Part shown: positions 13,665-25,037 of the stretch, piece after piece
Layout of the letters: each line of letters begins with the position of its first letter
Numbering within the stretch: the first letter of the stretch is position 1
Assembly: GCF_000372725.1 (NCBI RefSeq)
Contig: NW_005201791.1
Span: 362,553-419,573, forward strand
Direction: 5' to 3'
Length of the DNA: 57,021 nt
From: Emiliania huxleyi CCMP1516
Taxonomy: Eukaryota
Notes under the pieces: generated by a model
The model's input: the letters and a program-made list of their open reading frames with translations, nothing else
The model's database searches: none
What the model was told of the DNA's origin: nothing
Position numbers and translations under genes: made by a program

Positions 13665-14245
13665 GCTGGGTTCCGGCTCCTACCGGATAGGGGGTCTGTG
13701 CCACTGACTCGCGCCAAAACGCCCTACCTACCTACCTATCCCCAGGCCGCGCAGCGAAGCGAAAAAAGATGAAAATAGGGGGTACCTACCTATTGCAGGG
13801 CCCTTTTGGGCCAAACAAGACCAACCTACCTACCGGGCGGTATGTATTCTCGTATCAGTAGCTAGTGTCGTGTCCACTAGCTCCGAGTAGAGGGGGCGTT
13901 CTGCTGCTAGGGGAAACCCGGAGCGCGGTACTATCCCTCGGAGAGTATTCTTTAGCTCCGAGTAGAGGGGCGGCGTTCTGCAGTTAAGCTAGGGGAAACC
14001 CGGTACACGGAGCCAACCCTCGGAGACCCGTGTTATGGCCCTGCGAACGCGCACCCCCGGGGCTAGGGCTCCCTTGCCCGTAACCCGACACCAATCATCC
14101 GGCCCGCTGGGTGCGCTTCTGAGCTCCCCGGCCCTGGATGTGAGGTTAATGACTGCACTCCAAGTGCTCCAAGTGCTACCTATCTGGGAGGGAGGGGCCA
14201 GCCAGTGCAACAGACCCCCTATCCGGGTAGGAGCCGGAACCCAGC
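13665..14245. mobile_element. MITE-like element with about 40-bp inverted repeats
   Basis: GCTGGGTTCCGGCTCCTACCGGATAGGGGGTCTGT (13665-) pairs with ACAGACCCCCTATCCGGGTAGGAGCCGGAACCCAGC (-14245). An internal direct repeat TAGCTCCGAGTAGAGGGG..CTAGGGGAAACCCGG occurs twice. Confidence 0.7.
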
Positions 14246-15015
14246 GTCGCCATACTCGACACCCGATGCGTATAACCGATGCGTATAAAAGAATTTTAGA
14301 AAGTTAAAGGAGATAGGAAGTGGTAGACGCCCGAGGGTGGGCGACGGCTAGCACCACACCTCTCCTTGAAATCCCTGTAAACACCGCACTCGCAGCTAGC
14401 CGGGGGTGCAACACGCGCCGCTGGCGCTGCCCCGTCCCGGGGGAGGGGTAGGGGGCAAGGCGGGCGAGCACTCGCCGTCGGCTGCTCGGTGCGCGACACG
14501 GTGCCAGAGGCGCCTCGAGAACAGTCACAGAGTGGTCGGAAGCCCGCCGCTCCCAGTCCCCCAAAAGAAGTCAGGTGCGCTGCAACCTCGCGCCGCCGCC
14601 GCCCGCCTGGCTAGGAGGGGAAGTCGACGCCGTTGCTCGGATCCACGGTGCACTCGACCGTGTGCTGATGGAACGGTGCGGGGTCAGGAGCCGCTGCAGG
14701 TCGCGAGCATCGACGCGCCGACCGACGACAACCTCTTTGGACTTTGCAGAGCCCGTGCTAACGGAGCCGCTGCCTCTCTCTCGCTCAACGGAGGAGACGC
14801 GCCGCTGCAGGTGTCGTCCGTCGTGCCGCTGCCGCCCGGCGACAACTGTCGGTGGCCCGATGCCACCGTAGCTGTACGCACAGGCAAACTAGTGGGAACG
14901 ACCTCACGCACGCGACGGACGGAGACTGGCGGTTTTTTTTTGGTTCGTTCTTGTGGTTGGTGTAGAAGTATGGACCCGGGGTCCCTACCCACGCAAAAGA
15001 GCCGGAACCCAAACG

Positions 15016-18000
15016 ATGGTGGGTGCCGGTTCCCAAAGCTGCTTTGACGCGGTCGTGCTAGCGGCTGAGCGAGGCGAGGAGGAGGCGGTGCTGGCGTGGC
15101 TCGAGGGCGGCGGGTGGGCCGACGCGACGTGCGAGAGTGGCGGCGTGAGCGGCGTCACGCTGCTGATGGGCGCCGCCCGCTACGGCCAAGAGCGGGTGGT
15201 CGAGTTGCTGCTGCAGCGCGGCGCGGAGATCAACCTGCAGGACAGTAACGGCTGGGCCGCGCTGATGACTGCCGCCCAGGAAGGCCACGAGCGGGTGGTC
15301 GAGCTGCTGCTGCGGCGCGGCGCGAAGGTCAACCTGCAGGACAGCAACGGCGCCACCGCGCTGTTGCACGCCGCCTACAACGGCTGCGAGCAGGTGATCG
15401 AGTTGCTGATTCGGCACGGCGCGGAGGTCGACCTGCAGATCAACGGCGTCACCGCGCTGATGGGCGCCGCCTTCCTCAACCACCCCGCCGTCGTGCAGCG
15501 CTTGCTGCGGGCGGGCGCAGACGCGGCGCGCACTACTAACGGCAAGACGGCGCTGCAGCTGGCCAAGGAAAAGGGCCACGCCGAGTGCGTCAAGGTCTTG
15601 TCGGAGGCGGCGGCGGCTGCAGACGGCCGGGCAGGGGCGGGCGGCGCTTCCTCGGGCGCGGCAGCTGCAGCGGCAGCGGTGGACGCGCCGCTGCTCAGAC
15701 AGCGAGTCGTGCTCGGCGGGCTCTCTTCCCGCCCCGAGCTGAACGGGCAGTGGGGCGTGGCGGGGAGCTTCGAGGGCGGCCGGTACGCGGTGGCGCTCGA
15801 GGGCGGCGGCGAGAGCGTGCGGGTGCGGCCGGGTAATCTGTCGCTGGCGGCGGCGGAGCCGAGCGGTGGCGTGGCAGTCTACGACGAGGTCGTGGCAGCG
15901 GCTGGGCGAGGCGACGAGGAGGCGGTGCTGGCGTGGCTTAACAGTGGCGGACGGGCCAACGCGACGTACGAGCAAGGCGGCGTGAGCGGCCTCTCGCTGC
16001 TGATGGGTGCCGCTGCCCACGGCCACGAGCGGGTGGTCGAGTTGCTGATACGGCGCGGCGCTGAGGTCAACAAGCAGAGCAGCAATGGCGTCACCGCGCT
16101 GATGAGCGCCGCCGTCCGAGGCCAGGAGCGGGTGGTCGAGTTGCTGCTTCGGCACCGCGCGGAGATCAACCTGCGGAACAGTGGCGGCTTCACAGCGCTT
16201 ATTGACGCCGCCTTCAAAGGCCACGAGCGGGTGGTCGACTTGCTGATACGGCACGGCGCTGAGATCAACCTGCAGAACGGCGAAGGCGGCACCGCGCTGA
16301 TTCTCGCCGCCGACCAAGGCCACGAGCGGGTGGTCAACTTGCTGATTCGGCGCGGCGCTGAGCTCAATTTGCAGAGCAGCGACGGCGGCACCGCGCTGAT
16401 GAACGCCGCTTGCTTCAACCACCCCGCCGTCGTGCGGCGCTTGCTGCGGGCGGGCGCAGACACCGCGGCGCGCACTGCGAGCGGCAAAACGGCGCTGCAG
16501 TGGGCCAAGGAGCAGGGCCACGCCGAGTGCGTCGAGGCTTTCAAGAAGCACGTCCAGGATATGCTGGCGGGACGGCCCACTGCGACAGCAGCCGGCGGCG
16601 AAGGCGCGGGCGGCGCTTCCTCCGGCGGCGCTTCCTCGGCTGGATCGAGAGTCGCGAAGACGCCATCTCCAGCGGTGGCGGCGGGGCGGGCGCCGAGCGG
16701 TGTCGTGGCAGTCCCCGATGCGGTCGTGGCAGCGGCTGAGCGAGGCGAGGAGGAGGCGGTGCTGGCGTGGCTTGACAGTGGCGGGCGGGCCGACGCGACG
16801 TACGAGAGAGGCGGCGTGAGCGGCCTCACGCTGCTGATGGGCGCCACCGTGTATGGCCACGAGCGGCTGGTCGAGCTGCTGCTGCAGCGCGGCGCTGAGG
16901 TCAACCGGCACGACAGCAACGGCGACACCGCGCTGATGAATGCCGCCAGCCAAGGCCACGAGCGGGTGGTCGAGCTGCTGCTGCGGCACGGCGCGGAGGT
17001 CGACCTGCTGAACAGCGCCGGCTACACCGCGCTGATTCTCGCCGCCGGCGAAGGCCACGAGCGGGTGGTCGATTTGCTGTTTCGGCACGGCGCGGAGATC
17101 AACTTGCAGAACGGCGAAGGCGGCACCGCGCTGATGGCCGCCGCCGGCCCGGGCCACGAGCGGGTGGTCGACTTGCTGACACGGCACGGCGCGGAGGTCA
17201 ACCTGCAGGACAGCGACGGCGTCACCGCGCTGATGGTCGCCGCCGGCTACGGCCACGAGCGGGTGGTCGAGCTGCTGTTGCAGCACGGTGCTGATGTCAA
17301 CTTGCAGAACAGCAACGGTGGCACCGCGCTGATGATCGCCGCCATATTCAACCACCTCACCGTCGTGCGGCGCTTGCTGCGGGCGGGCGCAGATGATGCG
17401 GCGCGCAGTGCGAGCGGCGAGACGGCGCTGCAGTGGGCCAAGGAGAAGGGCCACGCCGAGTGCGTGCGCACCCTCGAGGAGCACACGTCGAGCACAGCAG
17501 AGGCTGAGGGGGAGACGGCGGTCGCAGAATCAGCCGAACAGGTCGCGGCGGCCGCACGCGAGGCGGGAGCGGCAGCGGTGGCGGCGGAGGCGCGCGATGC
17601 TGCCGAGGCTGCGCTGCGCGAGGCGGTTGAGGCGTGCGAGCGAGGCGACGCCGATCTCGAGGCGCTCAGGGCGGCGATCAACGCAAACACCGAAGCCGCC
17701 GACGGCTCGGAGGCGCTGCGGGCGGCGCGGCGGCTGCGCGACGAGCTGGCGGAGCGAAAGGTCCGCGAGGCCAGGGCGCTGAAGCGGCAGCGGCAGAAGG
17801 AGGAGAAGGCGGCGGCGAGGCAGGCGGAGGCGGCGGCGCGGGCGGCGGAGGAGGAGGCGCGGGCGGCGGACGAGGCGCGGGCGGCTGAGGCAGCTGCGGC
17901 GGCGCGGGCGGCGCGGGCATCGGAGGAGGCGGATGAGGCGGCGCGGGCGGCGGAGGAGGCGGAGGCGGCGTCGCGGGCAAGGGAGGAGGCGGAGGCGAGG

Positions 18001-19557
18001 GCAAGGGAGGAGGCAGAGGCGAGGGCAAGGGAGGAGGCAGAGGCGAGGGCGAGGGAGGAGGCGGCAAGGGAGAGGGAGGAGGCGAGGATGAGGGCGGAGG
18101 CGGCGGAGGCAGCGGCGGAGGCGGCGGCTGTAGAGGCGGCAGTGGCGGCCGTGGCGGCGGCGGAGGCTCAAGAGGCGGCGGCAGCGGAGGCGGCGGCAGC
18201 GGCAGCGGCAGCTGCGGCAGCGTCGGCGGCGGCGACTGTCGCCGCCCTCGCCACCGCCGCCGCGCCGCCCGCTGCCGTCCCTCTCGACGAGCTCATCGCG
18301 GCGACCGACGGCTTTGCCGAGGCGCGCAAGGTGGGCGAGGGAGGCTTCGGGCGCGTCTACCGCGCCGACGCGCTGCCGTCTCTCCCGCGCGTCGCTTGCG
18401 GGTTCGCCGTCAAGACGGCGTTGGTCGGTGTCGGCGCCCAAGGCCTCGCCGAGCTGCAGAGCGAGGTGCGCACGCTCAGCACGGCGTGCCACCAGTCCCT
18501 GCTCCCTCTGCTCGGCGCTTGCCTGGCGCCGGCGAGAGCGTGCCTCGTCTACCCCCTCTGCCGCGGCGGCAGCCTCGAGGACCGCCTCTACCGCGCTCCA
18601 GCCGCGCTGGAGCGGCTCCGCATGCTCGGCTTCGAGACGCCGCCTCCGCCGCTCTCCTCTGCCGCACGGCTCCGCGTGCTGCGCGACGCCGCAAGCGCGC
18701 TGCACTACCTGCACACGCGCTCTCCGATGATCCTGCACCGCGACGTCTCGGCGGGCAACATCCTGCTCGACGAGCGCGGCAACGGCTACCTCGCCGACGT
18801 GGGCCTCGCGCGCGCGGCAGAGGCGACGGCCGGCAGCAGCAAGCAGGTGTCGCACCTGTCGACGCAGCGCCTCTTCGGTAAGCTTGGGTACATGGACCCG
18901 ATCATTTCGCAGAGCGGGCAGGCGTCAGCGCTGACCGACGGCTATGCGCTCGGCATCACGCTGCTCGTCGCCTTGACGGGCCGCGGCGCCGTCGGCCTCC
19001 TCGACGAGTGCGACGATGCGCTTGAGGAGCCCGACACGGCGGAGGGATCGATCGCGGCGGCCGACGCGGGCTGGTCGGCGGCGCAAGCCGAGGAGTTGGC
19101 GCGGCTGGTGGTCGGGCTGGCTCTTGTGAGGAAGAAGAGGCGGATGCCGCTCGCAGAGGCGCTGCCGCGGCTGGAGGCGCTAGTCGAGGCGGCGGGGGAG
19201 GTGGAGGAGAAGGTTGGGGCCGAGGAGCGCCAGTGTGACCTCTGCTACGACGCGCCGCGCTCGGTCCGTTTCGCGTGCGGCCACGCGCTGTACTGCGAGA
19301 CGTGTGCGCCGCGCGTGCTGGAGCGCGACAGCAACTGCCCGGCCTGCCGCCAGCCGGCGCTGCCCATCGCCGCAACTGGGCGGCTGGTGGCGGAGCAGGC
19401 GACGTTTGTCCACCAGCCGCCCTCGCGCCCCGTGCCCCAGGCTCAGCCCGTGGGCGTCACGGCAGCGGTCGGCAGGCGAGGGGGGAGAGGGGGGCGTGGA
19501 CGTGGCGGGCGGGGCGGGCGGGGCGGGCGGGGCGCGGGGCGCGGCGGCTCTGCTTAG
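15016..19557 (+). CDS. Triple ankyrin-cassette / SH3-like module / coiled-coil / IRAK-Pelle(RLK)-like kinase / RING / RGG protein
   Basis: Intronless ORF of about 1510 aa with three capped ankyrin arrays. Kinase motifs: LDELIAATDGF, GEGGFGRVY, FAVK, HRDVSAGNILL, DVG, GYMDP. These are followed by RING CDLC...CGHALYCETC...CPAC and an RGG tail. Start codon uncertain. Confidence 0.92.
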   Translation: MVGAGSQSCFDAVVLAAERGEEEAVLAWLEGGGWADATCESGGVSGVTLLMGAARYGQERVVELLLQRGAEINLQDSNGWAALMTAAQEGHERVVELLLRRGAKVNLQDSNGATALLHAAYNGCEQVIELLIRHGAEVDLQINGVTALMGAAFLNHPAVVQRLLRAGADAARTTNGKTALQLAKEKGHAECVKVLSEAAAAADGRAGAGGASSGAAAAAAAVDAPLLRQRVVLGGLSSRPELNGQWGVAGSFEGGRYAVALEGGGESVRVRPGNLSLAAAEPSGGVAVYDEVVAAAGRGDEEAVLAWLNSGGRANATYEQGGVSGLSLLMGAAAHGHERVVELLIRRGAEVNKQSSNGVTALMSAAVRGQERVVELLLRHRAEINLRNSGGFTALIDAAFKGHERVVDLLIRHGAEINLQNGEGGTALILAADQGHERVVNLLIRRGAELNLQSSDGGTALMNAACFNHPAVVRRLLRAGADTAARTASGKTALQWAKEQGHAECVEAFKKHVQDMLAGRPTATAAGGEGAGGASSGGASSAGSRVAKTPSPAVAAGRAPSGVVAVPDAVVAAAERGEEEAVLAWLDSGGRADATYERGGVSGLTLLMGATVYGHERLVELLLQRGAEVNRHDSNGDTALMNAASQGHERVVELLLRHGAEVDLLNSAGYTALILAAGEGHERVVDLLFRHGAEINLQNGEGGTALMAAAGPGHERVVDLLTRHGAEVNLQDSDGVTALMVAAGYGHERVVELLLQHGADVNLQNSNGGTALMIAAIFNHLTVVRRLLRAGADDAARSASGETALQWAKEKGHAECVRTLEEHTSSTAEAEGETAVAESAEQVAAAAREAGAAAVAAEARDAAEAALREAVEACERGDADLEALRAAINANTEAADGSEALRAARRLRDELAERKVREARALKRQRQKEEKAAARQAEAAARAAEEEARAADEARAAEAAAAARAARASEEADEAARAAEEAEAASRAREEAEARAREEAEARAREEAEARAREEAAREREEARMRAEAAEAAAEAAAVEAAVAAVAAAEAQEAAAAEAAAAAAAAAAASAAATVAALATAAAPPAAVPLDELIAATDGFAEARKVGEGGFGRVYRADALPSLPRVACGFAVKTALVGVGAQGLAELQSEVRTLSTACHQSLLPLLGACLAPARACLVYPLCRGGSLEDRLYRAPAALERLRMLGFETPPPPLSSAARLRVLRDAASALHYLHTRSPMILHRDVSAGNILLDERGNGYLADVGLARAAEATAGSSKQVSHLSTQRLFGKLGYMDPIISQSGQASALTDGYALGITLLVALTGRGAVGLLDECDDALEEPDTAEGSIAAADAGWSAAQAEELARLVVGLALVRKKRRMPLAEALPRLEALVEAAGEVEEKVGAEERQCDLCYDAPRSVRFACGHALYCETCAPRVLERDSNCPACRQPALPIAATGRLVAEQATFVHQPPSRPVPQAQPVGVTAAVGRRGGRGGRGRGGRGGRGGRGAGRGGSA

Positions 19558-19979
19558 TGCCTTTACACTTCATCGCAGCGGCAGCCCGCACGCTCACGGA
19601 GGGTGCCCGGGTCTGCGTTGCCCGACCCCCCCCCCTCCGGCTCCTGCACTTGAGTTTGTGCGCGGGAACACAGGGAAGACAAGTTTTCGTGTGGGGTGTG
19701 GGGTGTGGGGTCTCGCGTCCTGAAAAAAGCGTCGGCACACTCGAACAAAAAACAAAACGCGCGCAAAGTGTCGCGCGCGGCAGCGTAGCTAGCGTAATGG
19801 TTGGGTAGTAGGGCTAGAGGGTCGCTCTACACTTAGCCTCTGCAGCGAGCGAGCGCTCAACTTAGCCCCCGCACGGAGCCGGGCTCAGACTTAGACGCTG
19901 GAAGGCCGGGGGCCATGAACTTAGACGACACGAGGCCAACTCCGGGTAAAACCCGGGTAATACCTGCAAAAGTCCAGGT

Positions 19980-20552
19980 TTCACCTTGTGATTTTTGGGT
20001 CAAAATCGTCCCGATTTCATAATGTTCGTTCGTACGTGCATCCGCGGCGCCCAGCGCGGTGCCAGCGGCTCCCATACCTCTAAGAGGCCACCCACCTCCG
20101 TATAGACCCTTATATCCGCGGTTTACGCCCAATAGAGGCAGCTGCAAGAGGGCCTGGACGGGCACTGCGGCACACACTGCTCGCTGCTCGGCCATGCGGT
20201 AGCGTCTGGTGATGCCGCCCCTGCGCGGGCGGGGGCGTCTCGCTCGGCAGCAACTGCGCCGCGCAGCGCAGGTTCGAGGGTCGCGGTGGGTGGGTGCACT
20301 GGAAGACGTAGCGGTCGAGAAAGCGCTCAGCGACCGCTACGTCTCGAGGATGGAGCCGTCGCGCGGACCCGACCGGCCGACCGGCAGTAGCAGCAGGCGC
20401 CGGAGGGCGCGGGAGGCAGCGGCGACACCTCGGGCCAGAAGCGCGAGCCCTAGGCTGGTGAGGGGGCCCGCTCATGCGTAAACGGCTCTGGGACTTAGCT
20501 AAATCGCGCATCGAAATCGGGACGATTTTGCCAGGGCACCGTCACAAGGTGT
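19980..20552. mobile_element. Inverted-repeat-bounded segment within a CTTAG(A/C)C-rich degenerate region
   Basis: CACCTTGTGA...CAAAATCGTCCCGATTTC at about 19983-20018 pairs with GAAATCGGGACGATTTTG...TCACAAGGTG at about 20513-20551. Confidence 0.5.
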
Positions 20553-21772
20553 ACCCGAAAAATACCTGGACGCGGTCCAGACCAGCGTATGCCGCGCACG
20601 ACGCCATATCGCCGTCTCCCAGGGCCAGTGCGCTACTTGCGGCGCGCAACGCCTGCTCAAGTACGCGCACCGTACCATGTGCTGCCGCTATGCGTGCCTT
20701 AAGGCGGCTGCGGCGAAGCGGCGGGCGCGGCATGCCGATGGCAGTGCGGACGATGCGGTTGCGATGTGTTCTGCTTCAAGATCGTGGCGGTGCTTGGCAT
20801 GCACTTCTGCGATCCCAATCAGCTCATCGCAACGAAGCAGCGCAACAAGCTGGCTGCTGCCAACAAGGCCCTATGCTACCTCACGCGCGGATCGTTCAAA
20901 GAGGACCAGCATACACAGGCTTCTCTGACATGCGTTTGTTTGAGCTTGAGGCTATTTGTGAGAACTATTTGGCTAGATGTCGCCGAAGTGCGCTCATGAA
21001 GCAGCAACGAGAATCGGAAGAGGAGGATGCTGAGGCGGCGATTGCTGAGCATGAGGAGGATCGATCGCCCGCCGCGCAGGCGAAGAAAATTTGGGCGCGA
21101 GCGCCGTATATCGCGTGCCATGGCCGACTTAGCCGGTGTAAGAGGCTCCCGCTGATCTTAGACCGCGTAAGCACTCCAGCGTGGCTAGCCACACTTAGAC
21201 CCGTTAAGCCGCGAGGCTCAGAACTTAGACTACTACCCAAGCAGTGCTAGCGTTGACCGCACGGCCTACTCGCCCAAGTAAGTACTCGCTTTCTTTTATG
21301 TCCCACCATGCACGAGAGCGCACCTCTCTCTCTCTCTGTTGTGCGAGGCGTGAACCGCGCCATTCGCTCTCACTGACCTGGCAACCCTGTCTGCACGTCT
21401 CGCGCGCGCGTGAACAGGGCTCCAGGCCCCAAATGACGTGTGAGTGTTAGAGTTGTTTGGTATTGCTAAAAATCTCTCTCACAGGCACTCGACCACCCGA
21501 TGTTTACAAAAGAATTTCAGAAATCTCGCAGGACATAGCGGGCACGGGACTGGCGCGGCGACTCCTGCGAGGACCGCGGCGAGAGGCACTTAGCCCCGTG
21601 CACTCGACCGCCCTCAGCGTCAAATTCACAATCGTATAAAAGAATTTCGAAATTTCGTGGGGGTATAGCCGCACTGTGCGTCCAGTACTTTGGGTCAAAG
21701 CAAAATTTTTAATCACTACATGCCACAGTGATGCACAAACGTGGTCGCGGATCCTGTGCCCCCCCCGTCGCC

Positions 21773-22919
21773 TCACGCAAAATTGAACCAGCCCGTCATG
21801 ATGCGCTTCTCCTGCGTCGGCGACGAGACGCCGCGGTGCATGAAGGTCCAGTCGGACGGCCAGACGAGCGTCAGGCCCTTCTTGGGCTGTATCGTCACGT
21901 TTTGGTGGAAGAACTGCGTGCCTGCGGCAGACACGTCTCGGACGCGTCATGGACGTGTGAGTGGACGTGTCGGGCCGGCGGGCACCACTGCGTGCCCCCC
22001 TCGTCGCTCACGTCGTTCAGGTACGTCATGAACACCAGGTGCCGCGACGCACCTGTTCACAGCCGGAGGTGTGAAGAGACGCCGCCCACAGGCCGACGGC
22101 ATGAAGAGACCAGGCGCCGCGACGCACCTGTTCACAGCCGGAGGTGTGAAGAGACACCGCTCACAGGCCGACGGCATGGAGACACCAGGCGCCGCGACGC
22201 ACCCGGCTCCATCCGGCCGTTCCTCTCCGTGTGGTAGATCTTATACCCGCCCCCGGGCGGGTAGTACTGGTAGTTGGTCGTGCACGAGAGGCCCCAGGGC
22301 GAGACGTGGTTGGCCGCGTACGGGTACCTCGCCGTGTACTTCATCGTGCACGCCTGGAGCGCCGTCACGTACCTCCGCCACTCGATCCGAGCGTCGTCTG
22401 GCTGGAAGGAGTACTCCAGCGACTCTTTGGAGGTCGGGTCAATGACCGCGCGCCCGTCTCTGCCCACGACGCCGGGCGCCAGCGCACCCGGGTCCTTCTC
22501 GAAGAGTGCGACGAGGCCGTCGCACACGCTCTCGTCCTCGATCAGGTAGGCGCCCATAAACATCGTGTTGACTCCCTCGCCCGAGGGAAGCGCGTGCTCC
22601 GAGATCCGGAAGCTCTCGCTCACCGTCGCGAGCGGCGGCGGTGCAGACGGCCTGGGCGCGGGCTTGGAGGCGCCGAAACCGCCGCCGCCTGAGTCAGGAG
22701 GGAGGACAGCATCAGCCTCGCTGTGTTTGGTGGGGAGGGAGGCGAGGCGAGCCCAGCGCGGCCGGCGCCTGCCTTCTTTCTACTTTTTGTGGCCTTCTTC
22801 GTCTGCGCCAACCGCGCCTCGGCTCGGCTCGAGCTCCGCGAAGCTGCAAGCGGCCAGAAGGCGGCGGTGTTGCTATGGAGGAGCGCGACCGCGATCAGGC
22901 TAGACGCCAGGGCGATCAT
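21773..22919 (-). CDS. 2OG-Fe(II) oxygenase (prolyl-4-hydroxylase-like) with N-terminal targeting peptide, multi-exon
   Basis: Spliced product contains YQYYPPGGGYKIYHTE, RHLVFMTYLNDV..EGGT, QPKKGLTLVWP.DWTFMHRG and EKRIMTGW, which give the HxE...H facial triad. The N-terminus MIALASSLIAVALLHSNTAAFWP resembles a signal peptide followed by an ASAF-type plastid motif. Confidence 0.88.
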
Positions 22920-23072
22920 GGCGAGGGCGACCTCAACCGCACAGCTCGGACTGGGCCCAGCGTTTTCTTTTTGTGTTGTCCCACTTATCGAATTTGTGCA
23001 GGCGAGAGTACTCGTCCGAATTCCGGCGTTTTTCATAATCTCATCCTACTACGCTACTAGTACCACCCTCTC

Positions 23073-23135
23073 TCTCGAGGTTCTCGAGGTGGATATCCTT
23101 TGGCCGCGTTGGGTAGCGAGGATTGGTGTAACCCG
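23073..23135 (-). repeat. Family D 63-bp dispersed element
   Basis: Matches 30511-30573 with one mismatch; duplicated TCTCGAGG(T) unit at one end. Confidence 0.85.
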
Positions 23136-23720
23136 GGCGGCGGTGAGGGCGGCGGTGAGGGCGGCGGTGAGGGCGGCGGTGAGGGCGGCGGTGAGGCGCC
23201 GCCTGAGGCGCTCGCGCTAGCGCCCGCAGCGCCGCTCTCGCTGGCGTCGCTGTCTGGTTGCGTGAGCGAGCTGGACGCGGTGATGCGGAGCCTGACCCGT
23301 TTCCCCCCTCTCGACCCTCCGGCGCCCTCCCCCGCCGCCCCTCCCCCCGTCCTGCACACCGCCGCGGGCGAGGGCGCTGGTGGCGAGGGCCCCGCCGCCG
23401 TTCCCGCCGCCGCTGCCGCTACCGCCCCCGCCTCGCAGCCCGCGGCAGCCTTCGACCCTCCGATTGGCGGCGCGTCGCCTTGCGGGCCGGCGCCCACAGG
23501 GGCACCACCCGCGGCCACCGAGCCCTTCCCGCTGGACGAGGCTGCGGGCGGGAGCGAGGCCGCCTCCACGCCCGTGCGGCGAAGCGCGCCGCGGCCCCCC
23601 GTCCGCCTCTCCCCCGGTGCCGCCCTCTCTCCCCAGGAGCTGGAGCGGATCGCGCGGATCCTGCACAGTGGCGGGCCCTCACGCGGCGGCGAGAGCGACT
23701 CGTCGTCTGAGGGGGACTAG
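23136..23720 (+). pseudogene. Orphan 3' gene fragment (low-complexity, unknown)
   Basis: Open frame with (GGGE)n, LSGCVSELDAVMRSL and LSPQELERIARIL. It has no ATG start and begins at the family D element. Confidence 0.35.
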
Positions 23721-24370
23721 TGGTCATGAGAGACTTAATGGGGAGGGGGGCTGTAACTTGTATTCGATATAGGGGTCGAGGGGGAGAGCATGCCGCATGA
23801 TGGTGTGTATGTACTACTACTAGCTGCAAATGTAGCAGCTGTTGCTTGGGTGCATGTCGAGTAAAAGCACGAATGTCGAATATCGTTTTTTAACGCGCGC
23901 GCCCCCACCCGCATGGCATCTGGCGTGATGCGGACACGTCCCAGGACCCAGCCGTCCCAGCCAGCTCCCACACACCTGCTCCTGTGGCGTGCCGTGACGC
24001 CGTCCCGCGTCCCGTGCATGCTGTACGCAGCTCTGAGTGTACCGAACTGTATATTCCAAAACCAAGATGTTGGTGGCTGTGATATGGAGTTTTGTCAGAA
24101 GTAAACGTAATATAAAGGACATAAACGATCCCACATGAATCCGAGACGGTGATGGGGGGCGTCTCGGCGGTCTCAGGCCCAGTGAGGTAGTGCGCCAGAC
24201 CAGCCCCGGATCCTGCTGACCAAGCTCCTCTTGTAGCTCGATCGGTCACACCGCCATCGCCGTCGGGGAGAGGGGGGACGACACTGCTTCTGCAGCGTGC
24301 ACCTCAATCCTGTACCGTGTTTGTTATGACCCCCCCCAATGAACACACCAGTGAGGGTGGGCGAGACGAT

Positions 24371-24424
24371 CGAGGGGTCCCGTACCATGCGGAATCGACC
24401 CTATCCAGTGCTCAAGTGCTCAAG
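24371..24424 (+). repeat. Family C 54-bp dispersed element
   Basis: Exact reverse complement of 6277-6330. Confidence 0.85.
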
Positions 24425-24501
24425 GACATAAAAACGCTGAATGAAACGAACATTGCCCTTGCTCATCGATCGGCCAGAGCGCCATACGCCGTGCTCACAA
24501 T

Positions 24502-24885
24502 ATGGCAGCCCTATCTGCCGATGGGGATGGTACTCGACGTTGCACGTTCTTCATGCTGAGCGCCGACTTCGTGCGCCAGTTCCCCGGCAAGAGCCTACCT
24601 TTCTTCCAGGATCTCCGTGACAAGTTCACTGCCGATGAGCCGCTCGTCAAAGTGTCGCTCGACTACGCCGACGTGGTGAAGGGCACCCACATTGAGACGA
24701 CCCTGGCGGTCTCGCACCGATGGATGCGGCCGGATCACCCAGACCCCGATGGCGAGCAGCTCAAGGCGCTCAAGGGCTTCCTCAACTCGCCCGACGGCCA
24801 GAAGATTGAGCGCGTCTGGATAGACTCGGCCTGCATGCCGCAGGATCTCCCCGAGGGCTCGCGCAGCGCGCTAGGGGTCCCCTAA
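24502..24885 (+). pseudogene. HET-like domain fragment (C-terminally truncated)
   Basis: Contains LAVSHRWMRPDHPDPDGEQL...VWIDSACMPQ, the same motif set as the gene at 52282-54666, but stops before the RGWC motif. Confidence 0.7.
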
Positions 24886-25037
24886 GATGTCAATTGCTCT
24901 TCCGCGCCCTCCACGGCGCGCACCGTTCTGGGACTTGCACACCCCTCGCGGCCCGTCTGCTGGATGGAGCCGACATCACTGCCTAAGCCTCGACGGCTCC
25001 ATGGCCGGCATGTTGGGTACTATACGGGCGGCGGGAA

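Noticed and set aside
15058..17484. Long antisense ORFs (808 aa here; also 4051-5334, 38313-39422, 50471-51934)
   Set aside because: Shadow frames of GC-rich repeat-coding genes; the opposite strand carries the recognisable domains.
20474..21250. Overlapping ORF pieces in a lower-GC segment
   Set aside because: No recognisable domain and plausible coding segments are split across frames; a gene or transposase call cannot be supported.
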